DNA of 62,246 bases, the filler included. It is 15 parts of 15 records of this genome, joined end to end, with 100 filler letters (N's around TTAATTAATTAA, not from the genome) between each part and the next. Parts side by side here need not be neighbours in the genome. Positions count along the whole stretch, not along the records: positions 23,166 to 28,550 come from SRR7504441_14971; positions 28,651 to 32,227 come from SRR7504441_14975; positions 32,328 to 36,177 come from SRR7504441_14984; 12 more parts are not named here. The stretch is one strand, 5' to 3'. The stretch's first letter is position 1, and the number at the start of each line of letters is the position of its first letter. A program made the position numbers and the translations under genes. Shown here one piece after another: positions 23,166-34,407 of the stretch. The notes under the pieces were generated by a model. That model saw nothing but the letters and a program-made list of their open reading frames with translations. It was not told where the DNA came from and searched no databases.

Positions 23166-26100
23166 TGGGGGTCGTGACTCCCGACACTCTCCTGTAACTA
23201 CCTTGACACCACGTGAACAGTCTGATCAGGATCAGGCTTTAAAACTAACGTACGTCCTTATGTTGCGACTTTTCCAAAGACATCTTGCAGGCGGCGACGA
23301 AGTCATCCGTGCCGTCGCTGAACTCGTCGTCTTTACACTCCCCGAAAAGCAGGGCAAACCAGGCGAAAAAGTGACTGTACGATACGAAATCCCCGCGCAC
23401 TTTGGCTTGGACCAGTGTGCCCTGGATGCCCTCCTGCGACACATCCGGGTGGTAATGAATGCACGCATTCACCAAAACATCAGCTCGTATCCCAAGCTCT
23501 GGCTCCGGCAAGAGCATCGCAAAGCACCTCATCAAGACGCTGTCATACTGGCTAGGGAGCATAGAATACTCGACCCCCGCTACGCTCTTCAGCAACTCGT
23601 CGCGGTCCTTTTGCGAGACGCTCTTGATCTGGTGAGCGACCTCCGGGTCCATATTGGCTAGCACAACGGCCGGGTCTTGATCGCCCCAGTCACAGTCAGC
23701 AAGCACTTGCACTGCCAAATCGGATGTGGCGTCAAAGTCCACCCCGGCCCACTCGCTGACCTCGACCCACCATCTGCCCCAGCGCGGGTGCCCATCTGCC
23801 CATCGGATGAGCAGATCCTCATCCACCTCGCGCCCAGCTGTGCTCGGATGGCTGAGAGCCAGCTTTGGGAGCATCAGTGAGTGCTCGGCCCACTTCTGCC
23901 GGTGCTCGGGTGCCCAGGATAAGTTTCGGCGGCGCAAGATTCTCTCGGCTCGGTCAACAAGGGTGGTCACCTGTTCAAGCTCCAGCGTGCCACCGCTCTT
24001 GATTGTCAAGGCAGCCCTGCACTCCCTAGCTCAGCACATTTCTAATCATACAGCGCTCTAACTAGACGCCTCCCTAATTAGGATAAAAGACCTGCGGAAG
24101 TCTGCGATGCCAGCGACAAACTCGTCCTCTTCACAATTGGCAAACATGATTGCCATCCAGGCTTGCAGCTCAGCAGGCGTCATCACGGCCGCATCTGACG
24201 CCACCCTCACAAGCGACGCCCGAATGTTCTGGACGGGAACTGACGGGTCAAACTCTATGCACGTCCTCACAACCTCCTCGGTCTCGATCGGCCCGTGCTC
24301 GCCTAAGATAGCGCATATGGCCTTGGACGCTCGCTTGAAATTACTCGGCAGCTCCACCAAGCTGACCTCGGTCTTCTCTTCGAGAAGTCTCTCGAGCTCG
24401 CTCTGCGACGCGCTCCGCCACAGCACGAGCAGACCATCCCTCGAGAGCTGGTCTAGCCCCTCGAGCGCCGCCTCCAGCTGCCGCATCCGCTCCGACCGGT
24501 CGGGCAGCTCGGCCAGCTCCTGTCGCATTACTGCCAGCTCCTCGCTAGTTAAAGTACCATTCTCGTCCAAATTAAGAGCAGCAAACAGCGCGAGCAGTAG
24601 GTGGGTCTCGCGCTTGCGGTCCAGATGGCTCTCGATGCACCGGAGCGCGGCCTGGAGTTGGCTACCCGGCGCGAGGGGGACCAAATGCTGGTCCATTAGC
24701 TGCGTTGCCAGTGGGTCGGTCTCAGGCGGAGGTTCATCCTCCGTGGGCGCCGGTTCGAGCCTTTGAGGCGAGGCAATCTTCAGCAAGGTCCAACGTATCT
24801 CGTCCACCATCCTGATGTCGTAAGCATCCAAATGCTCGCTGATGGACTCGGCGTCCATCCCGAAACTCTGCCTCAGAGCATCTCCGAAGACGTGTTGTAT
24901 CGCCCGCGCGACCGCCGCTCGACGCCATCTGAGCTGCTCGAGACAGCCCACCAGCACTGTCGGCTCGCCTGCTCGCTTGGCGTACAGCACACAGTGCACC
25001 GCTGCCACCGCCGCCTCCATGTGGTGCAGGGGCAGCGACTGTAGCCGCTCCTCTTGCCCCGGATGTGCGGTAATCTCCTCGGCTAGGGTATCAATCCAGT
25101 CGCCTGTCTGCGAGCAGTAGGACTCGACCGCTTCACGCACCTCACACGGCCATCCATCAACCAGGAGCATATCCCTCAGCCCCATCAGCCCGCTCAACTG
25201 GAGGGTCTGGAACCAATCGGCTGTAGGGCTTCCGCTCCAGGCCGCAGACAGCCTCGGGATCCCGGCCTCAGCGGCCACGCGCCGCTGGCCGAGCGCAAGG
25301 CTGACCAACGACTTATCCAGGGCCAGCTGGGAGACCGTCTGAGCGTCGTTCTGCTGATCGGCAAGTTCAGCTGATAAGCCGCTCAGCAGAAATTCGACCT
25401 GCCCCGGTGTCACGGCCACAATCCCAACCGCCGTGCCTGATCGATTGGAAGGATCTCCGTATGCACCGGCAGCCCGCACCTGCCTCTCACGTGAGCGCCC
25501 ACGCGGCCGGATGGGCCACCACGCCGGCACCGCCAGTCGCTGCGTCTGCTGCCACCAGCCCACAAGCCGCTGAGCGCTGGCATCTCTCTGCCACAACGAG
25601 CATGCAGCGGCTTTAGACTGACTAGCGCAGTGGCTGTCCGCCAGGCTAAAGCCTGCCCGGGTCTGGATCTCAGAGGCATGCATCTCCCTCCAGTGCGCCA
25701 GACTGTTAGTCTGGACCATCTGGGCCATCCTCGCAGCGGCCTTCTGCCACAGAGCACAACTCTCCACCCACAAGCCCAAAAAGCCCCAGCAAGTCCGCAG
25801 CCGCAGCCGCCGCCCCTTTTCGGCCACTGTGCCGAGCAGCGCTCGCCACTGGGCGTGGCCGCGCAGCCATCCAATGGCCGCGGTCTGGCGCCACTGTTCC
25901 AGCTTGCCCATAACCCTGTGTTGCTTCCTGAGGCTCAAGACAGCCTCGCCGCTCCAGATCCGCCACAGCTGCGTGTCGCGCCTCAGCGAACGGCCGGCGA
26001 CCAGCTCAGCCAATGACTGCGCCCGGGCCTGGACGGTGGCGATGACCTCCCGCCACTCCCTCCATTCACTTAGAGCGGCACTAACTGCGAGACGGCTCCA

Positions 26101-27078
26101 TCGACTGGCAACATGCCCCACCTACCCAGCCACATCACCGCGGCCATCCGAGCACGCGGCCACCTTCGCGCACAGGTCCGAGCGGTCGGCGCTCCACGCC
26201 AGCCAGCTATTCAGCGCAGTCCTCTCGGCCTGTCATCGCGGCTCAGCTAGTGTCCCGCCTAAAGACTAGCCACCAGCCGTCCGAGCATCACCCCCAGCGC
26301 CCGCTTCCGCAGACTCATCGCCCGCCGTCCGTCCCGCCAGCTGCGCCAGTCCGCCCACCGCCACCCCTGCCCCGGCTCGGCACGGCCCCGCCGTTTGTAG
26401 ACACCCGACGCATCCGCTCTAGCCTACTGATGAGCCTGCCCCGCTTGGCCAAAAGCGCCGCCTCGTCCCGGCGCCAATCCACCCAAAGCCCAAACCGCTC
26501 GGCCATCTGCCCCGCGGTCCCGCCCCCGCGCACCGCCACCCACCTCGCGCTTGAGCACGCGGCCCGCCAACCCCCGCAGCCCGATCTGCCCCCCCGCTCC
26601 GCCCCCGGCCGCCCGGCCTGCCCACCGTCAGGTCTGTCGCCACCCGCCATAGCGCCATCCCCCGCCGCCTGCGGAACCGGCGGGCCCACGCCTGCGCCCG
26701 GGCGTCTCGGCACGAGGCCGCGGGTTGGACCTCGATTTCGACCAGCCATTCGCCATACCGCTCCCGCCGGACCGCGATCTCCTCAAGGCTCACCCTTGGG
26801 TCGAGCCGGGCCAGAACCAGCTGGCCGGGCCAGGCCCGCGGAGGCCCCGGCCCGCCGGCCAGCGGGTCAAGCCTGGAGAGCACCACAGCTCCCCGAGAGC
26901 GAGGGACAGCCGGGGGCGTGCCAGACGACCGGACCGCGGTGCCGATCAGTATTGGGTCGAGCTGCATCCGAGCGGTGAGCGGCCCGGCGGAGGAGGGGCG
27001 CACCCGGGCCAGGACCGACCGACCGTTGAACAGCCAGGCGTGCTCGTCTGCAGCCGGCATGCTGCAATCCGCCAGCAT
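23166..27078 (-). CDS. Sfi1-like Trp-repeat protein with EF-hand-like domains; multi-exon, probably 3'-truncated
   Basis: Periodic Trp-containing helices (AALSEWREW, TNSLAHWREMH); EF loop NLDENGTLTSEEL; start uncertain (ATG 27078 or 27060). Confidence 0.55.
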
Positions 27079-27111
27079 GCCCACCACCTTCAGCCGCTTC
27101 AACGGCAAAAC

Positions 27112-28199
27112 ATGGAGGCTGAGCCGGTTGGCCGCGAGCTCTGGGGCAGCCTTGTGTCCCAGCCCACCCGCGCCTGCCTGTGGCTCTGCCGGCTGGCCGA
27201 CCTGCCCGTCACGCTGGTGCCCACAGATCCCGCCGTCGCCAGCACCGCAGGTCCGCCCCCCACCCCCCGACGCCGAGCCGGCCACAGCCTACGCCGCGGT
27301 CAACCCGAACCGGACCTTCCCGGTGCTCCGCGAGCCCGGTGTGGCGGCCGGAATTTCCGTTACTGGGCCGCAGGGTTTGCCTTGTACGAGTCATGTGCCA
27401 TCCTGCGGTTCCTCTGCGCCGAGCACGGCTTGACGAGCTGGTATTATATTATATTATTTTATTCAGCCCCACGAGGGCCGTCCAGCTCAGGCCAGGTACC
27501 CAACAGCCCCGCGGGCGAGAGCCGTTGTCGACCGGTGACCGCCGCCACCTTCCCGCTCATCCCGTCGCTCAGCTGGCTGGACTGGCATCACTCGTCGCTC
27601 CGTCCCGGGGCGGCCGGGCTGGTTCGATTGCTCGCCATGAGCAGGTCACCGGTCTGAGAGTCGGCTGCCCAGCCGGCGGCAGAGTGCTCCCTAGCGTGGA
27701 GGCCAACAGCTGGGCCGATGACATCCGCGAACTCCCCGAGTCGTGGCTCCGGTCTGTAGGAGCTGGCGGTATCGCAGTGAGATTGTTTGGCAGGCGGAAG
27801 CTGAACAAGGCGCTGGAGGTGCTCGAGCTCGGGCTGGCCGGGCAGAGCTGGCTGGCCGGCGGGGAGGGCCCGACTATAGCTGACTTGGCCCTTGGGAGCG
27901 AGATCGTACCCTGCTCCGAGGCTGTAGCCGTGTGACTGTGGCGGTGGTGTAGTTACAACTGGACCTTTTGAGCCCGGCGGTGCAGCTCCCGCCGGCCGTG
28001 GCCAGGTGGCCGAGCAGGGGGGCGGGGGGGGGATGTGGGCTAGGTGGCGGGCGCGGCTGCAGGCGCTGAAGCACTATGAAGAGGTGTGAGCGGGTTAGAA
28101 GTTAGAGTTAGCGGTGGTATCTAGGTGCACGCGCAGCTGGCAAAGTTCGTAAGGTTTACGCACAAGCGGCTCAGCAAGATGCAGGCCAGCAAGATCTGA
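27112..28199 (+). CDS. Glutathione S-transferase, theta-like; multi-exon
   Basis: LWGSLVSQPTRA, VNPNRTFPVL, LYESCAILRFL, WLDWHHSSLR, WLAGGEGPTIADL; ends QASKI*. Confidence 0.85.
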
Positions 28200-28550
28200 G
28201 GCTCGCACTTGCAAAGGGTCGGGACGAATCGCATTTCCGTGATTAGCTCTATAGATTAGTTATATTTAGTTCCAAAGTCAGAGCGGGGTTACTCGGTTGA
28301 TCACCGTGCACCTATATGTCGCTTAGTGACCATTCATCAATTTCGCGCTTTGGCGCAACAACACCTTGAGCGCCCCTCCTATTTCACCTATTAAGATCAG
28401 TATACCGACAAATCCTACTAGATAGGCAACGCAAGAAAATTAATGGTCATGATGTAATTATATTGTTGCCAGCTCACTATGCCCACTACAAGGGCGGTAC
28501 CTGCACAAAGGGTTTGAAGCTCAGCACACAATCAATCGCGTGTCTGGAGA

Positions 28551-28650
28551 NNNNNNNNNNNNNNNNNNNNNNNNNNNNNNNNNNNNNNNNNNNNTTAATT
28601 AATTAANNNNNNNNNNNNNNNNNNNNNNNNNNNNNNNNNNNNNNNNNNNN
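28551..28650. other. Artificial contig linker
   Basis: N44-TTAATTAATTAA-N44. Confidence 0.98.
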
Positions 28651-29003
28651 CGGGGTTGTGGGGCCGCCAGCTCAACCGGGCCAGCTGGGCGAGGCTATCA
28701 TCAAGCGGAGCCAAAACCCCGGAGCCAGCAGCGCCACCCCGGATCTAAACCGGTGCCGACACCCGCCGCGCCTGGACTTAGGTTCGGTGTGCTGTCAGCC
28801 TCGGAGAGGAGCTGCTTAAAAGATTCGATGCGGCGCAGTAGTCATGGTAACCAGATTGAGAGTCAACCATTCCACACGTAGAGCTATTATAGTATAGATT
28901 GTACACGTAATTAGAGCATTTAACAAACAGCAATGAATAGCTGAAGCCTTCATCCGGTGCAGCACTAGTGCAACACTGTGCATACAACGCTAATCGTAAA
29001 AGA

Positions 29004-29993
29004 CTAGTCGTAGAAGTCCTCGTGCTCACCCAAGTTCGGACTCACTCTGTCGACAAGCTGCTCGATCGCGGCCACAAACTGCTCGGTGCTGCTGTTGTGC
29101 ACCGAGTGGCCGGCCCCCTCCCACACCCTCAGCTCGCACCCAGGCATGCAGCGCCTCATGTCGGCCAGCCCTCCCTCGCCCTGCTCAGCACACACGGTGT
29201 GCTCCGCGTCCGCCACCCAGACCAACACAGGCAAGCCCGGCCCGGCGCGGGCCAGCTGCTGCCAGGCGACCCATCCGTCTGTAGAGCCGAGCACCGTGTT
29301 GTACGCCAGGCTCATCGCCAGTGGGTTGATGTCTGACCACCATCCGCCGCCCGGCAGCTCGCGCACCCGCCCGCCCCGCCAGCCGGCCACCCTCTCGCGC
29401 GCATACCACTGCCCGAGCACCCGGTGCACCTCGTCGTAGTCCTTGAACACCCGGCCCGAACGGTCGGCGAACCTGCCCAGCTCGAGCTGCAGCCGGCCCG
29501 GCAGCCGGAACCCCTCCGCGCTAGGGAGCAGCTGCAGCCGGCTAGGGACTGGCCGGGGCCGGGCGTCCATGTCCTCGATCACCAGCCCGGCCAGCCGGTC
29601 CGGGCTGTCGGCCGCCAGCCGCATGGCCACCCTTGCGCCCATAGAGTGCCCGACCAGCACTACCTTCCCAGTCACCCCAGCCGCCTCCAGCGCGTCGAGC
29701 AGGTCCGCTGCCAGCCGCTTGGGCCCGAACTCAGCCACCGGGCCCAGCGCCGACTCGCCCATCCCCCTCAGGTCGAGAGCGAGTGCGGGGTAGCCGTCTC
29801 TGTGCAACTTGCTCAGCACCCCGGTCCAGGTCTGCTTGCTGCTGTCCAGCCCGTGCACCAGCACCGTGGTCGGCCGGAGCGGCGATCGGACCGAGCTGGC
29901 CAGCTGCTGCCCGTCGCTGTGCAGCCAGCCGGTCTGGGCCGCCACCACCCACGCCGCCCGCGCCGCCGCCCGGCTTCGGCAGATGGCCATCAT
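29004..29993 (-). CDS. Alpha/beta hydrolase (ABHD11/YbfF-like)
   Basis: VLVHGL, LDLRGMGES, nucleophile elbow GHSMG, catalytic His in GAGHSVH; Arg/Ala-rich N-terminus resembles a transit peptide. Confidence 0.85.
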   Translation of the reverse strand: MMAICRSRAAARAAWVVAAQTGWLHSDGQQLASSVRSPLRPTTVLVHGLDSSKQTWTGVLSKLHRDGYPALALDLRGMGESALGPVAEFGPKRLAADLLDALEAAGVTGKVVLVGHSMGARVAMRLAADSPDRLAGLVIEDMDARPRPVPSRLQLLPSAEGFRLPGRLQLELGRFADRSGRVFKDYDEVHRVLGQWYARERVAGWRGGRVRELPGGGWWSDINPLAMSLAYNTVLGSTDGWVAWQQLARAGPGLPVLVWVADAEHTVCAEQGEGGLADMRRCMPGCELRVWEGAGHSVHNSSTEQFVAAIEQLVDRVSPNLGEHEDFYD

Positions 29994-30008
29994 CTCAGCT
30001 GTGTGGGT

Positions 30009-31168
30009 ATGGGGTCCTGCGGCTGGTGCTGCGGGCCGCGCGGCGGAGGGGGGCCCAGCGGGCGGCAGCTGCGGCTGATGCTGCTGTGCGCGGTGTTGCT
30101 CGGGCTGCTCGAGGGCCTGCTGCGCTGGGGTTTCTCCCACCACCGACGGTTCTTCGTCGAGGGCGACCCGGCGCTCTCGTACCCTTACGTCCCGGACAGC
30201 CAGGCGCTCATCCCGTCGCTGTGCCCCCGGGGGCGGGCCCTGCGCTCACTGGCGGGCAGCTGGGTGGTGCTCCTATCGCTGCTAGTCCCGACCGCCGGGA
30301 TCCTGGGCTGCCACGCTGCGGTGAGCTGCCTGCCCGCAACCGCCATCCGGCCGGCAGCGCTTGCTGGGCCGGGTGCGGCCGCGGCCTGTGGTCTCGATGC
30401 TCTGGTTCGCGCTGGTGCCCTGGGGTTGGGTCGGGCTGATGCCGGGGGCAGAGCTTCCTGCTGGCAACCAGCCTGACCGGCGTGCTCAAGCTGTGGCTCG
30501 GCCGGCTCCGACCTGACTTCTTCGCCATGTGCAATTACAAAGGCTACAGGACCGCGCTCGACAAGTGCACCGGGCCCAACTGGGCCAACTGCACCTCCTC
30601 GCTCGGGCTGTACCAGATCGAGCCGGGCAGCCCTGGCGAGTTTGGGCATTGCGTCGACCAGTCTGTGATCCACTCGGCCCAGTCCTCCTACCCGTCCGGG
30701 CACTCGTCCAGCTCAATGGCCGGGCTCGGCTTCCTCGGCTTCTTTCTGCACTTTGCGCTGGCTGAAGTGCGAGCCCCGAGGGCCTCTGTGAGCCGGGTCA
30801 GGACTTGCCAGCACTCAGGGCCGTGCTCCCGACTTGCTGCGTGCTGGCCGCAGTGATGGTGGCCGGCACCCGGCCGCGAGACTACTGGCACAACTTTTCG
30901 GATGTGATTGAGCTCCGGCTGGCCCGGCTGAGAGTGGGCAGATCAACTTTGGGATGACGATCGGACTGGCGAGTGCTATGCTGTGCGGGATGTACTGGAA
31001 GTAACTGACCGTTGGGCCGGCCGAGCCCGGGGCAGGGAGGACATGGTGGCCAGCCCGGAGGAGCACCTCCTTATGGAGAGGAGTGAGCAGCTGCAAGGGG
31101 TGCACGTCGTGCAGGCCAGCACTCTTGTGGACCAACCGACAGACGAGGAGCACCACAGCAACTTCTAG
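30009..31168 (+). CDS. PAP2-family phospholipid phosphatase; multi-exon
   Basis: C1 KLWLGRLRPDF, C2 SYPSGHS, C3 TRPRDYWHNFSD; upstream DPALSYPY; start could be 30009 or 30078. Confidence 0.88.
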
Positions 31169-31391
31169 ACAAGCCAGCCGCCCATCTATAGATCTGAGCG
31201 TTTTCTCCGTTTACCAATTAAAAGCCGCTATGCGCAGAGAGTGGCCTCTAATGAACTTATCGTTTTTAATACCAAATAAAAGCGGCTAGAGAGTGGCCAG
31301 GGCCCTTCCGTGCGCCCTAGCGTAGCACTCAGCCTGCAGTGCCCCTTGTTGGGGGTGCGGGTGTACCCGCCCCCCGCGCTCCCCGTGCCGA

Positions 31392-31946
31392 CTAGACCGC
31401 GTCCTCCATCATCTGGTCCTCGGCCGCCTGCCTCCGGGCCTCCACCTTGTCCCGCACCCGGGCCGATTTGATCAGCTGCACGTTGTCCTGGAGCAGCTTC
31501 TTGTTGTCCGCCGCCTCCTGCTCCTTGTTCCCCTTCATACGGTTCTCGTGGAACGTCTTGGCCCGCCGCTGCTTTATCTCGTCTATTCGCTTCATTGCCT
31601 GCCGCCCGCTCGCGCCCGGCCGCGGGAGGGGGGCACCTTGACGGTCTTGCCCACCAGGTCCCGATCGTATTTCTCCGGCGCGTTCCGCTTGCGCTCGAAG
31701 TTGAACGACTCGTCCTGCCCCCGGTCAGCGTGCCCCGCCCGGCAGGGGCACCGTGGCCATCTCCTTGCCGCGGCTCTTGCGGAAGGCCTTGGTCCACTTG
31801 AGCTTCCTAGGGTTGCGCTTCATCTTGAACGACTTGTGGCACTTGGACCGGCAGAACTTGAAGGCCTTGCTGTCGTTCCGCACGAAGCATATCCCGTGCC
31901 CCGGGTACACGTTGGCCGAGCACACGTAGCACTTTTCGATCCGCAT
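31392..31946 (-). CDS. RSL24D1: Ribosome biogenesis protein RLP24
   Basis: [52 protein letters not shown]; introns 31715-31751 and 31599-31636 give [25 protein letters not shown]. Confidence 0.95.
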
Positions 31947-32227
31947 GCTGTGCACTCTGCCGCGGGCGTATGGGCGGTCTGTGAGTCTTCTCGCTCGCCA
32001 CTCAATCGATAAAATGCTGGGGGACCTGATCACCAGCTTCAAGCTTCAGTTCAGTTCAGCTCCTGGGGCGGGGAACCACTGGCATCGTGGCATGCTGGCG
32101 GCGCGGCGGCGGCGGAACCGAGCACATGCGAGCACTCCGGCCGTGGGGAGCGGGCGGAGTGGCTGGCCCCGCTGTATCAAAGTATTAGTAAGCCTACTGT
32201 ACGACTGTACCAATCAATTGAAATAAA

Positions 32228-32327
32228 NNNNNNNNNNNNNNNNNNNNNNNNNNNNNNNNNNNNNNNNNNNNTTAATTAATTAANNNNNNNNNNNNNNNNN
32301 NNNNNNNNNNNNNNNNNNNNNNNNNNN
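32228..32327. other. Artificial contig linker
   Basis: N44-TTAATTAATTAA-N44. Confidence 0.98.
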
Positions 32328-33655
32328 TTAGGGCTGAGTATATCGTTCCTGCGGGAAGCGTATTGAGCTAATCCACAGCTCAGGTATTCACACCATCGCT
32401 GGTAACCCCACTTGGAGCCACCTCTGATCTGGGCGACCGGTTCGGCCTCAGCCAGACCAACAGCAGCCCCGGGGTCAACGGCATCGCCCGACGCTGCTTT
32501 GAGTGACTCCTGTGGGCCTTCCGCAGCCCACGCTGTGGGCCCGACATAGTCGATGCCCGCAGCACTGCTGTCCGGTCTGGACTGTATCAGTGCAGCGTCT
32601 AGCAAAGCCAAGATGGGAACCGCCTGGCGCAGCCCAGACTCACGCAGCCCGCGAGTGGCGCTCCGGAATTGGTAGGCGCGTCGGCAGCTCCCGGCGGCCT
32701 CCTTGGAGAAGATTGGGACCAGGCACGAGGCGTCGCACTCAAGGCAGAGCGGTACCAGACTGGCCAGCCAGCGGAGCTCGTCCGTTGGTTCGGGCGTGGG
32801 CATGGTATCAGCGACGAGTATCGCGGCCGAGGAGCAGAGGGTCGCCAGCTCCTGCTTGTGGTCCAGCCAAGAGACTTTAAACTCCGACACTTTGCTGAGC
32901 TCTTCCCTCAGGTCCGCCAAGCACTCCAGCTCAAACCTCCGCCGCCTCGGCGTATCTGTCAGCCCGCCTACTCGGAGATGACTTGGAGCGGCCACCACCC
33001 GGAGAGGAAGCTGTCGCTGCACGGCGGCGGCTGCAGCTAGCAGCAGCGCAGGGTTGTGATGACCTCGAAGATTGTACCGTAGATACGCCACCACAACGTC
33101 TCCGCAGGTCTCCGGCGGCAGCACGGACGGTTGCACCTGCCGTGCTCGCTGGGCCAGGAACTCCGGGAGCGCGAGTCCGGCCAGAACTCGCCAGCCGTTG
33201 GGCTGCTCAGCTCGTGATGACAAGGCCCCCAGCCCGGCCCGGAGACAACTGAGCGCCTCCCCCAGGGCCTCACTCGGCTGGGCGGCTTTGGCCTGCCTTC
33301 GTGCGGCGCCCTTGGCCTGCCGCTCCCGCGCGGTCGCCAGGGCCGCAGCCAGGGTGCCATGCCGGGCTGCTGCCGCCGCCTCGAGATCTTGGATCGCGTA
33401 CAGCCGGATGTCCGCTCCGCCCCGCCGGTTCTTCTTGCGCTTGCACGGCAGCGGATTAAGGTCGGCGTCCCGGAGGGCGTAGTCTTTCAAAGCCTGCGTC
33501 TTTGTCAGCGGCCGCGCTGTCGTCGCGTTCATCGTTGCATCCGCCGTCCTCGGGACCGCGACCGCGACTTGACTGCTAACGGATTCTTGGCTAGGCTCGG
33601 CCTGCACGCCTGCTGGTAGCCTGATGGTGGCCGGCCGCGGGCTAGTGATCGCCAT
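32328..33655 (-). CDS. Photolyase-like protein (class II CPD-related) with N-terminal XPA-C-like module; 3'-truncated
   Basis: LTKTQALKDYALRDADL..KKN..IRLYAIQDLEAAAAARHG (XPA-C-like), then YLRYNLRGHHNPAL, RRRRFELECL, DASCLVP..AYQFR, GLAQYASRRND (photolyase alpha/beta domain and linker). Confidence 0.7.
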
Positions 33656-33854
33656 CGTGGTGAGACGGGGCCGCCAGGTTCCAGTCACATACAAAGGCCA
33701 CGCGCCGAGCCCCGCCGCAGCCTTTGGCCCCCAGTGAGTCCCGCCATCCGGCTCGGCCTCCCAGCGACTCGAGGAGCCCTCGGCACCACTCTGCAGCTGA
33801 AGGACCGACTCAGGAATTGGTACCACACGCACCTGAAATCTCTAGTCTGATTAC

Positions 33855-34298
33855 ATGTATTCCCCAATAAACGCCAATAAACAATGCCCAACCCTGGTGC
33901 TGACTGCTGAAGGTGCTCAGCCTGCCCTAGTAGTAGTAGTACGCAATCAGCAAGGGGAATCCACGCCCTGTAGATTGGGGCCCAGGCAGGGCGGGGCGAG
34001 GTCGCCGGGCGGCATGGGGGCGATCTGGGCAGTGGGACCAGAGCCGGCTGTTCGCTCACTGGATGCGAGGGCCGGGAGGATGGCCGTCTGCTGCACGCTT
34101 GGGCAGCCAAACCAGATCCGGGACGGGAATACTGTGACCATGTCTGCGGACATCGATTGCTGCACTACTGCTGGCAAAGCCATCAAGGGAACTGAGAGCC
34201 ATGTGGCTGTGATCGAGGCAAATGCGGACGGAGTGCTGCAGATCAAGAGCTGGACTATCTCAGAGAGCGCTCACCATGTGGCCGGGTTCGAAGCTTGA
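33855..34298 (+). CDS. Small hypothetical protein
   Basis: 147-aa ORF divergent from the photolyase gene with a beta-rich C-terminus; exon structure unclear. Confidence 0.35.
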   Translation: MYSPINANKQCPTLVLTAEGAQPALVVVVRNQQGESTPCRLGPRQGGARSPGGMGAIWAVGPEPAVRSLDARAGRMAVCCTLGQPNQIRDGNTVTMSADIDCCTTAGKAIKGTESHVAVIEANADGVLQIKSWTISESAHHVAGFEA

Positions 34299-34407
34299 GG
34301 CACTTTGGTCTGAAGATATAGTGCGAGCATGTACCGACAGTAGATGGTAAATCAGTGGCTTCGTAAGCCAAAATGCCAAAATGAATAGTCATAGCTATAT
34401 TATAGGT

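Noticed and set aside
26725-27111. N-terminal extension fused to the GST
   Set aside because: That frame begins at TTG and lies antisense to the 5' exons of the neighbouring gene; ATG 27112 fits a normal GST start.
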